DNA of 64,000 nucleotides from Eledone cirrhosa. Its lineage: Eukaryota. The position numbers and the translations under genes are program-made. Every line of letters begins with the position of its first letter. Within the stretch, counting starts at the first letter, position 1. The notes beneath the pieces are model-generated. The model was not told the origin of the DNA, searched no databases, and saw only the letters and a list, made by a program, of their open reading frames with translations. Shown here one piece after another: positions 52,439-64,000 of this stretch. The DNA lies in NCBI GenBank assembly GCA_964016885.1, contig OZ024743.1, forward strand, positions 154,380,001 to 154,444,000, written 5' to 3'.

Positions 52439-54094
52439 TGTGTGTGGGTGTGTGTGTGTGTGTGTGTGAGTGTGTCTGTGTGCGTTTGTCCGTAAGTAAC
52501 CCGCGAAAAGCCTCGCATGTGACCAGCAATGGAGTCTATATCTAAGATACTACCGCTGTTACACATTCTATATTCTAATCTGCATTTGAAGAAAATCTAG
52601 TCATCTAATTTGAATGAAGTAATACACATATACTGACCAGCATCTGATCCATAGACCTGTTGCTTCATCTGTTTGCTCTTTATGTTGCTCTAATGATGGC
52701 CCGTGTTTCTTGGACTGGTAGGCTTTTTGACATATCCTCTTACACGTGCTCTTATCCATTTGCTGTCCAAATTCCCAAATCCCCACTCAATGTATCACAA
52801 TAAATAGCCTGATCAATCCGTATCGCCAAAATTCTCGATCCTCTAGATTCTTCGCAATCCACCCATGTGGTCATTACTTGTGTTGAGTTGAAACAGTTAA
52901 AATGAGACATTAAATGCATTCATCTCATCGGCTTTAGAGGTCCTTTAATACGTGTGGGGCGTTGAGATTTTAGCTAGGCCTAACAAATGAAGGAACGAAA
53001 TTCTTAATGAAGATTAGCATAATGAATTCCTGTATCGCTTGAAGAAGGATTGCAGCATATGTGTAAGGCATTCCTGTAAAACGAGAAAATTATATAACTA
53101 CACCAAACATAGCTATATTCAAATGGGCCATTCCAAAGAAATGTTTATAAATTTCACTTTGAATTACGTGCACCAAATAGAAATTGAAAAGTTTAAAGAC
53201 AATAAAACCAAATATTTTCTCATGAAAACGTCTATATAATGAGAAAATAAATTGCTTCATCCTATTGGCAGGTAATTCAAACTACCTTAACTGGGGAAAT
53301 TTAGATAATCTGAAAATGTTAAAAATGTTTTGCATTGAGCCTACAGGCATATTTAGATTTAGATATAACCTTCTGAAATTATTACCTTTCTTAAGTGAAA
53401 TCTACAGATATATCATTGTTAATTTTTATTTTTGGCAAAGACGAGTTTTAGCTGTACGGTGGGATGAGTTATTGTTTTCTTCAACCTTTGATTATCAGTT
53501 ATTTCAATGCGATTTAGCTTTATGTGAGTTGAAAATGATTAGATGTTACTAAAAGAAGAGATTTTAGGAAAGAGCAGTATGAATTTTTATCTCATGGAAT
53601 ATAACTTATTGTAGCCCGTGATAATTCGATTCAACCACATTAATTTAACAAGAGCTTTAGCAGCTGCTGAGATAATCAAAGCCTAGAATGAAGTTTCTGT
53701 CAAGCTGAGTCAACAACTCGGTTTTGATTTCTTTCTCTTATACATCATACTTATGCCAATAATGTGAGAGGAAATAGCCTTAGAAGTGCTAGAATGCTCG
53801 TTATATACATTGTGAAGTGAATGTGGTAAACTATATATCTATTATATTAGCATGGTAAGATAGAGAGTTAGTTGATGAGAGAGGCTAACAGAGAGCAATG
53901 AGTATTATGAATTAGATACAAGGGGATCTGGCTGCTGCGATAAATGAGGATAGGTGGGCAGGGCGGTGTCAAATCCACAGTGGCATGTACACACCGTCAT
54001 ACGCAATGAGAAGTACTGTCAGTTACACAGAAGTAGGCACAACATTCAAGAAAAGGAACATTCGCGTTAGAGTTTTTGACGAAATTGGAAGACT

Positions 54095-55700
54095 CATTCA
54101 TCATCAGGTGCCAGAACTGGTCTAGACATCGGAGATAATGTGTCTCTAGTCATGCCTTATGTCAGTGTTCCGGATGTGGTCGTTCTTTCGCATCCTATTT
54201 CCTTTAACGTATTTGTTCGGGCTGTCTTAAAATGTTGTCCTTTGTTGTTCTTTCTCTTCCTGGTCTATTCTTTCCAGTAATCTTGACACAAAGAAACAGA
54301 TTCTCCAAGCGAACTCTTCCGTTTATTTTGATAAATAATTCAATTGCCTCTTTCTAATAGTAGGGACACGAGATTTTTCAATGACTATCATTCTATGAAT
54401 TTATTCTTGGCTTTCTTTTTGTCCAAAATATTTTGGATATTCTCCGGATAAACGACATATTGGCGGCGTCCAGTTTTCTTGCCATGTTATTGCTTATCAC
54501 CCAGCATACACAACCGGATAGAAGGACGAAACATACGTATGATTTAAAGACGCGGACTTTTGTATGTATACTTATATTTCTGTTTGTAAATATGGATTTC
54601 ATTTTGTTAAACGCCACTTTTGATAAGGAAGTACTGTTCTGTATTTCTCTGTCACATCTGCCGTCTGATATCAAGGTATATCCAAATTATGTAAAGCAGT
54701 ATACTTGTTTGATGTTTACGTCAATGCATTTGATGTTGCGCGACGCTATCTGAGACTTTCTGGAGACTACCGTGCACTCCGTTTTCTTTGTGTCTAATGT
54801 GAATTATTTTCCTTCGCTACTGGTGTCCCTGTGTCAAGAAGAGATTGAAGCCCTTGTTCTCAGTCGGCTATCAGGACGTTAGTAGTGGAGTACCTTAGGT
54901 TGTTGATGTTTCACCCTCCAAAATTAACTCCATCTGGACCTTCGATAATTGGTTCACTGTGTAAATTGAATAGTTCAGGTGAAAGCACGACGTCGTGTCT
55001 GACACCTCTTTGAATCATTTTGAAATCACTGATCCCACCATCTATGATTATAGCAGCCCCTTTTTCCCATTACAAATTTCGAAGTACATTACTCATTTCG
55101 GCGGTATTTGCAATCTAGTTCTAGTTCTTGGAGAATGTTGAACAAGTCACGTCGATCCACGTTGACGATCTTCATGTCTAGGGATTTCAGTTACCGTTTT
55201 TTTATTTCTTCTAAGTTTTTGTAAAATAGTTCTATTTCTGATTTGATCTAATTCGTTGTCGGTGCGTATATTTGTACATTTCCTATGTCTAATAGCTTTC
55301 ATTTAATTTGATAACTATGGCTTTATCTCTAACTGTCCCAAATAATTTCAAAGCCTTTGAACATGTATCTAAAATAATGCCGACCCGTCTTTCATTTTCA
55401 CCCTCACTGAGTATACCAAATTGTAACTAACCAATATCCCCAATCCTGCTCCTTTCCACCGAACATCAAATAGCCCCAAAAATGCTGATGTTAATTCTTT
55501 TCATTTCTTGTCTGATATTGTCAACATTTCTTTCCGAAACAATGTATGGACATTTCAAGTTGCGGTGGTTTCAGGTTTTGCGTTGTTGACAGTCGCTTGA
55601 TAACGGTCTGATGTTACCTGTCGCACATGACAGTCCCTACCGTGCAGGGGATTGCTCGTTTGAGAAACCCACTTCACGTCCTTCCACTACTCCATTTCAA
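54095..55700 (-). mobile_element. Degenerate, internally deleted RTE-clade LINE
   Basis: DNIRQEMKRINI..VRWKGAG APE start; GVRHDVVLSPELFNL; SDGRCDREI..AFNKMKSIF..KVRVFKSYV. Confidence 0.75.
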
Positions 55701-58239
55701 ATTCTTAACCATTGACTAACTTAAGATAAATACTCATAGTAGTTTACAATTTATTTGCCTGAGAGCAGGGCCTGTACTTGGTGTGTTGTCTCAGCCATTG
55801 AACTGCACTTGCGATATCCTCTGCCGGATACAATGAAAAGAGACCTGTTAAAACAAATTTCGATTGCCCACTCTTTTCTCCGTCACCTCTCTAAAATGAC
55901 TTCCCTGTCCTTGAGAAAGACGTTCCAAACCCTAGGTTCGCCCACACAATTCACCCTGCCTTTCAAATGTTTTTCCGGCCTGTGGCCCCTGCCGTACTCA
56001 AACAGTATATGTGGAACCAAAAGGCACTGACCTGGGCACCAAACAGAATCATGGGCTATATTATATATTGGTAGGTGTAACAGCCGTAAGTTTTTCCAGA
56101 TAAATAATACATTCGTTAAATAAAAAAAATGAAACAAAATATTATTATTCAAAAGTTTAAAAGTTGAAAGTTTAAAAACTGTTTTGAAATAAGGCATACA
56201 CACACGCTCACGGAAACAGTCCCACATACACCCATATATACATATTTACATAGCCACACAATATATACATATGTAAAAACTATTGGATGGACATTGACTC
56301 TAACGAGTTACTCCTCCTTTTGTCAGGTTTTGTTTTTCATCCCACAGGGTGTCCAATAACACTCCTCATCAAGCATGCATGGCGGGGGTTGCCAGTTTAG
56401 TCACCGACAACCCGAACATGTGATAGGTTTCAATGGGTTACATGTTACCAGTAGCACTCAGTAGCGATCTGACACATGTAGACTAATAAGATGACTATAT
56501 TAACGTCTCTGGTCTTCTGAATCGCTTGTCCTGCTTCTTCAAATGCACTACTCATGTTGCTCTTCTCATATCTGTCTCCGTTTTCGACAATAACCTACAC
56601 ATTGATAGACCGTTTACTTACATCAGTTACATCCGTATAAAGTTATGTTAAGCTTCATGCGTGTGAGTAAATTCGAGCAACATCATTAAATAAATGAGTA
56701 TTTTTGCATAAGAGGAATAATAAAGTTTCCAAATAGCAGATTGATTCGAACCTACATAATATAATCCCAAAACGTTGGGGATAGAATGATTTCATTATCA
56801 GAAAATAACCTAATCACGGATTTTCATATAAACCTTTCATAGAAATCCATCCCAACGGATTGGTTTCTCTGGAATAAAATATATCACGTAGCATTTCGCG
56901 TGATATCGGATTAGGTCTTATTCCAATAAACCGGGTATTTTAGAGAAAGATTTAGTATTTACGCAAATACGGGTCCGTTACAAAATATTTGTGAAATTGA
57001 AAACATTAATTTGGAAATAATCATTACTTTTTAAAAACCTATACACCATTTTTTCATTAATGTTAATAAACAAATGTTATTTAATAACAAATGTTTCGAA
57101 CCATAAGAAAAATGATGATAAATCAGGATTTCAAATGATTTTTTTATAAATTAATTCTATCATAACCAGTTTAAAATTGCGCAAGGTATTTATCGTGACC
57201 CTGTATGTTTCACGTGTGATACATAGCTATATATCCATTAAAATGTTTATTTGCATTAACAGAAATTGTAATTTTTAAATGAAATATAAGATGTTGAGTG
57301 CGGTATGAACGATAAATATATAAAAATAGTTTCATCCTGTCAAAATATATTTTATTGTTTATTATATCTACATTAGATAAATTATCTAAACATTATACAG
57401 CGTAGCATGTCTATTATGTAATAAAAATAATTGAAATAGGAGTTATTTTAGGTAATTTATATAAACTACAGCATTGATATGGCACATTAAAAACTGATCT
57501 CAGATATCAAAAACCAATAAAAAAGTTAAGTTAACTAATTTTTGGGAGCAAGTATATATTCAGTTTTCCATGTTCACGTAGTTGAAATGGGTTCTATCAT
57601 ATTCATTGCTTTTTATAGCTGGATGCCTTTTCTATAAAGTACCCCTTAACTATGCTGTAAAAACAGAATATATTGCCAGTCAGTAAAACTAAGGTAAAAT
57701 ATATTTATCATGTTTCCCAATATAATACTACTACAAGAAAACAGTCGTAAGGTTTCTTTTCACCAAATACAACAGAATGCAAGCAGTTTAAATAACTTGA
57801 TATTACCGCACGCCCGCACGCACACACATATACATCATGTTGCAATTACTAACAAGAGTCACACTTGGATGAAGTACATTAAAATATCATATCCGAAGGA
57901 AAACAACAGTACACAATTTAACAGCATCTGCGAGAAATATATATGTAAGTGCAAACTTTATATATTTCAGTAATGGTGCCACTGAGACGCAACATTTCCC
58001 ATGCCCACTAACGCAGCGTAAGTCATAGAATTCGTGGAAAAGCCCGTCTTCTGGTTTAATCAATGACAGTCGTTAACAACACCATTTACTGTTTCTCTTA
58101 TTGCCCATTTCATCGGATGTGATTGATATGCTTACATCTTGGAGTCGCTGGTAATAGAGAAGTAAGTCAGTCCATTATTATATGAATTTCGAATTTTCTT
58201 AATGTTTGTTGATTGGTACTTTTGTTCGTTTGTACCTGC

Positions 58240-58327
<88 letters not shown>

Positions 58328-58711
58328 CTCTCTGTACATATATATATATAAATGTTGAGTGTGTTGGTTGTTACCGACACCTCACTATGCAGGTTGGAGC
58401 ACTGTACGAACTACGCAGGTTGGTTTGTTTACTCCGGAGTAATGTAAAATTAGTAAGTCATACATGTTAAATTTGGCTTTGTTTATTATAATTCTCTGCT
58501 ATATATATTTCAGTGACAGCCATTATTGGCTCTCACTGAAATAGGAAGTATGAATTAATCAAGAAAAAAGAGGTAAACATGGTGGTGAAATGTGTTCCAC
58601 TGTCAATTCATCGATATGTCCAGCTCCTGGGTTTCTTGTTAGTCATCCGAGGGACAGGAATCATACATAAACACACACACACACACACACATACACATAC
58701 ACGCACACACG

Positions 58712-58769
<58 letters not shown>

Positions 58770-58956
58770 TATGTGTGTGTGTGTGTGGGTGTATGTGCGT
58801 GTGTGTGTCTGTATGGGTGTATGTGTGTTTATACGTGCGTGTGCATGTATGTATGTGTGTATGAGTGTGCGCATGATAAGAGTCATACGGTTTCTTTTCA
58901 TGAAATACAACTAAATACTAGTCATTTACCTTCACACATAAATATATATATATATG

Positions 58957-59068
<112 letters not shown>

Positions 59069-59364
59069 AGTGAAGAATAGAATTGGCTGTGTAGTTGGTA
59101 TTTAAGTTAACATAAAATGCAGTGTCAATACGAAGAAAGCAAGAACGGGGGTCCTCACAGTTGTCTACTGGCGTCTAGGATATTTCTACGCTTTAAAGAC
59201 AATATACCTCGCCCCAGGGCGTACATACCTGGATAATATATTGGGAAAACGGAAGAAGGAGGGAAGGAATCCGAAGGGGAAGAAAAGAGAAAACAGTAAC
59301 AATACACAGAAAAATAACAACAAATCGAGCATTATGCGAACAACTATGTTTATTATTAAATAAA

Positions 59365-59695
59365 AATGGCGTAGGCATACAATACAACAGGAGGAAACAT
59401 AATAGTACCTCTGATGATATAGCAGATGTGCAAAGAAATAACTTTGTTAGACTATATATATATATTTATATCTGTATTTTTGACCGTGGGAAAATCAATG
59501 ATAAACATTGATTGCCGCATGAATTAACTATGGAGATATAAAAGATACAGAAGCGAAAACCAACTAAACAGTGAGTGTGTTCTTTTATTATATGTGGCAA
59601 TATTATTACAACAATATGACCCTCCCAAGTATAACAATATCTGTTTCGACACACGATTTCATATCAAAAACCTCGCAAAAAAATTCATCGCCGTC
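59365..59695 (+). repeat. pLTR-like dispersed repeat, homologue of 13970-14262, with degenerate HHR
   Basis: aaatggcg..ggaggaaaca..CTGATGA(59411)-tatagcagatgtgcaaa-GAAA..gaccctcccaagtataac. Confidence 0.65.
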
Positions 59696-60127
59696 ATATA
59701 TATATATATAAATGAAAGGTATAGAAAATATTGTAGCAAAAAGCCAACAGTATTCCATAATATATAAGTGACTATAGCGTCAAAATAGGAAAAATAGTTA
59801 ACGTAAGATGTGAGAAAAATAATTCAAACTCATCTCAAAGACAATCAGGATATAGATTCATCCACAGAATTTAGTGAAATCCAGGGAAAAATCAATAGAG
59901 CCTTAACACACGATGAAATATAGTTTAAAATACTCATCCTTCAATTTGGAAAAACTTCAAATGCTCTGTATAGTCATAAAGACTATTTCACGAAAAGTTT
60001 CAGTGGAGATGGTCACGGTTGGCATTCGATCCTCAGCAGAGCTCAGCTCGATAACCAAAATTCTCACAGATTAATATGCCAAAAAGGGAATTTAAAACAG
60101 GCTGGTTCACCATCATGCGTGATTATA

Positions 60128-60169
<42 letters not shown>

Positions 60170-60320
60170 ATACTTTGGGAGGGTCATGTTGCCAATAAGA
60201 AACACACGCACCAGTTGCTTTCACTTCAATTTAATTTATTATATATTTATAAATTTACAAATTTATAAATTTCTGGTTGGTTGGTTGGTTCCACAACCAG
60301 ATAGTTGTTTATATATATAT

Positions 60321-60365
60321 AGTCATATTTCTTTCGTCACACACTCTGTGACCTCTTCAGTGACT
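60321..60365 (-). ncRNA. Minimal hammerhead ribozyme in a PLE pLTR
   Basis: agtca-CTGAAGA-g-gtcaca(gagtg)tgtgac-GAAA-gaaa-TA-tgact; ~300 nt downstream of the PLE stop codon. Confidence 0.8.
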
Positions 60366-60670
60366 GGGGGTTTCTTTCTTCGTTTCTGTGCCTTTCCTTT
60401 CTTCTATCCTACGCCATTTTGTTTGTGTGTGGGTTGCGTGCTCCGTTTGCGCATGCGCCACATCCGGGTGTCTGTGTGTGTTTGTGTTCATTTTTCTATT
60501 TTTCTATTTATATTTTTCTATTTGTTTGTTTATTTATTTATTTATTGTTGGTTGGTTGTTTGTTCTATGTGTGTGTGTGTTTTCATTTTGTCTTGTGTGT
60601 GTTTTCATTTTGTGTGTGTTTTCAATTGTAAGTTGTTTGTTCTATGTGTGTGTGTGTTTTCATTTTGTCC

Positions 60671-61814
60671 TTAATTGTAAGTTGTGATGTTGCTGTTCCA
60701 CTCATATTTTCTATTTAATTTTGGTTTTAATTCTTTTATGCTTACTGCCTCTGTAATTTGCCTAAACATTGCGTCTTTCTTGTGTGTGGATTCTATTTTT
60801 ATTTCTATGCTCTCTAATTTACCTCTGTGTTCTATCTTAGCATGTTGGTAGAGCACAGATGATTCTTTATTATCTTGGAGGTCTCGCCAGTGTTCATTTA
60901 TTCGTTCCCCTATACTACGAGCTGTCTCACCTATGTACACTATATTTTTGTTTCTACATTGTCCTTCAGTACATCTTATGCTATATACTACATTTCTAGT
61001 TTTACAGTTAATATGGGGGCTTATTTTACAGGTTATACATTTCTTATCTATACATGAGGGTCTTTGGAACGGGTTTGTCTTGCTAATAAGTGTTTTTACG
61101 GAGGTACCAGGTCTTTCTACTATCTTAATATTGAGATTATGTTTCTTTAGGGCCCTTCTAAATTTGTAGGCTAGTTCGCCTCTAGGGGTTGTATTGATGA
61201 ACATTACACTCTGGTATTTATTGCTATCATACCATGAGTTTATTCTATTGGCCTTGTTCTTAGTTCTTTCTATTCTATTCCAAAATTTGCTCCTATACAA
61301 GGGGCAGGTCCCATTTATGTCATTATTTACCATTTTTTCCCATTTGGTTCTGGCTCCTTTATACACTCTGATTCTATCTCTCTGATTGTAGCCAGAGAAC
61401 TGCATACGGTGGATGAAGTGTTGTATGTGTCTCTCTAGTTCTTCGGGGTTGCACATGCGGGACACATTTCTCATCACCCGTACCAAATCCGCAATCAGTA
61501 TGTTGATTTTGGTATGGTCCGAAATGGCCGAGTTTCGGTGGATCAGATGTTTGGAAGTCATGGGTTTGGCATAATGGGAATGGAGGATTTGTTTTTGGTT
61601 GTTAATTGTATCTAACCAGAGCTCTGTGTCTAGTACAGGTAATCGATGGTTGGGGTGTCGACTTGGGTAGTCTATAGTAATTCTAATGCTCTGCTGGATG
61701 GAGTTTGCTATTTGGTGGATGCTTTCCATTGTGTTTTTCTCTACTTCCTGACTGTTCTTTAGTGGGGGTGTCTTAACTACGATGTTTATATCATCTACGT
61801 AGCGGGAGTACATT
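60671..61814 (-). mobile_element. Penelope-like element 3' half (RT end, thumb, GIY-YIG), open frame
   Basis: YSRYVDD..LPVLD..HYAKP..SGY..CITC..NCKTRNVVYSIRC..YIGETARSIGERINEH..HAKIEH..EAVSI..LN. Confidence 0.93.
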
Positions 61815-61918
61815 AGAGAGTTACTATAGACTACCCAAGTAGACACCCCAACCATCGATTACCTGTACTAGACACAGAGCTCTGGTTAGATACAATTAAC
61901 AACCAAAAACAAATCCTC

Positions 61919-64000
61919 GAATAATACACACACACACGGAGACAACAACAACACACATCAACAACAACACACATCAACAACAACAACACACACGCATTCA
62001 ATGCCTCTCACCACCACCACAATCTTAACAAACACACAGACACAGAAAACAAGTAATGACAGTAGCACAGAAATCAGAGAAATAAGAGAAAGTAATAGGA
62101 TTAAAAGGAGAAGGAGATGGGAGACTAAGGACAAAGAGAATAACCAAGACGAACACACAGACACACAAAATAGGGTAGATAACAATATTGAGCCAGTGGA
62201 AAGAGACAGGAGTAATTATGAGAGACATAGAAACAACCATGAAGCTGAGGCTGCTGCTGTTGGTGGAAATAGAAACAACACTAACAATAACAATAGCACT
62301 AGTACACATAAAGCAGCAGCCTGGAACTCTCCGATTTATAACCCCTCCGATAAATCATTCGACCTACGACGAGTCCACGCCACGACTTTGCCATTTAACA
62401 AACGCACGCAGTTGCCGTCGCAGGTCGATAAATAAACAGAAGCAAAATTTAGTATAGCTAAATCCGAACTTAGAAATATTATAGAACAGTATAGCAAGAA
62501 GCATAATAGAATAGAGGCCCAGCAACTGGGAGAAGAATCTGCAAATGGCTTGCGTAAGCTCATGCAGCGCTCGCGTAATGGAGAGATAGCATGCTTTCCA
62601 ACAGACAAGTCTGGCAGAATGTCGGTTGACAGCCTGCCAAACTACATCCAGGCAATGCAACCCCACATCACTAACACAAGAGAGGTAACACTACAGGAGC
62701 ATGAGGATAGAGAAAAAACCCTCAATGCCCATATGGTGATGTGGACAAATATAATGCAGCCCAACAAAAGGACTGCCAACAACTTCCAGGCCTGGAACAA
62801 TGACGTGCCGGCGTTGTATGGGCTTCGAAAAGACCATAAAACGGGCTGGGACCCTGTCGCGGGACCACCAACACGGCCAGTCTGTGGGGCTAACATTGCT
62901 AGTAACTACAGACTGTCCTACCTCCTCTCCCTGATCATACGCCCCATCATTGAGATGTCCCCAGATGTGTGTGACAGCACGGAGGACCTCCTCAGCAGAA
63001 TCGGCGCGGGTAACCGATCTGGGGACCTAACAAACTGCATAATAGGCAGTATGTATGTTGTGTCCCTGTATCCATCTATTGACGTGGATTTTGCTGTGGA
63101 GAAATGCGTCGAAATGATCAGCGAGAGCAAGGTTGAGTTCCGTGGGATTGATACCAGTGAGATGTGACTTCTACTTAAGCTTACCCATAGTAATAGTTAC
63201 CTAGACACTTATGACCTTAGCAACCTGTGCCCTACAAGACCAGCAAGAGGCAGACCACCTACCATTACCTCAATGGCCAAGAAAACCCACACAGATAGAT
63301 GGAACGGGTGGACCAGAGCCATACGGACACCCGAAAACCACGATGAACTGAAGAAAATGATTGCACATGCGGTAGGGGCCAGCATAAAATTAACCCTTAA
63401 GGAACATATGTTCAAATTAAATGGTAAAACATATGCCCAAGAGGAAGGAGCAGCCATTGGTGTTAGCATTGCAGGCGACATAGCTAACTTATTCATGGTA
63501 TGGTGGGACAGTAGACTTAAACAAAAACTTAATGAACAATTAGAAGACAGCTTAACCCTGACAATGTACTCCCGCTACGTAGATGATATAAACATCGTAG
63601 TTAAGACACCCCCACTAAAGAACAGTCAGAAACTAGAGAAAAACACAATGGAAAGCATCCAGCAAATAGCAAACTCCATCCACCAGAGCATTAGAGTTAC
63701 TATAGACTACCCAAGTCGACACCCCAACCATCAATTACCTGTACTAGACACAGAGCTCTGGTTAGATACAATTAACAACCAAAAACAAATCCTCCATTCC
63801 CATTATGCCAAACCCATGACTTCCAAACATCTGATCCACCGAAACTCGGCCATTTCGGACCATACCAAAATCAACATACTGATTGCGGATTTGGTACGGG
63901 TGATGAGAAATGTGTCCCGCATGTGCAACCCCGAAGAACTAGAGAGACACATACAACACTTCATCCACCGTATGCAGTTCTCTGGCTACAATCAGAGAGA
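61919..64000 (+). mobile_element. Penelope-like element RT region (same family, opposite strand), runs off the window
   Basis: TDKSGR, LYGLRKDHK, TRPVCGA, V.SLYPSI, QEEGAAIG, YSRYVDD; 63563-64000 is near-identical to the reverse complement of ~61377-61814; stops at 62433 and 63165. Confidence 0.92.

Noticed and set aside
56968-57205. Possible Tc1-type MITE ending in gaccctgTA
   Set aside because: No matching opposite TIR was found
63165-63167. In-frame TGA in a PLE RT as possible selenocysteine (as in Naiad PLEs)
   Set aside because: This element has a C-terminal endonuclease, the site looks like a GGA-to-TGA change, the copy has other lesions, and no SECIS was seen

Overview
Eukaryotic, AT-rich, microsatellite-dense DNA made almost entirely of transposable-element debris. 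The SINE motifs and repeat landscape resemble octopod cephalopod genomes (inference). No convincing intact host gene was found, and most ORF-track entries are microsatellite artefacts. Contents: several Penelope-like elements (PLEs; RT plus C-terminal GIY-YIG), a 15-kb nested cluster of R4/Dong-like (RLE) and Tx1/L1-like (APE) non-LTR elements all sitting in (TTA)n arrays, CRE-, RTE- and CR1-clade remnants, Tc1/mariner and hAT relics, a foldback-like element with ~400-bp TIRs, and SINEs. The most striking unannotated signal is at least a dozen type I hammerhead ribozyme (HHR) motifs on both strands. Some are minimal PLE-type HHRs. Others carry 50-100 nt, sometimes branched, helix II extensions that length-limited motif searches would probably miss, and they lie in non-coding tandem or inverted repeat modules embedded in (TA)n. 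All folds were read by eye and none has been tested.
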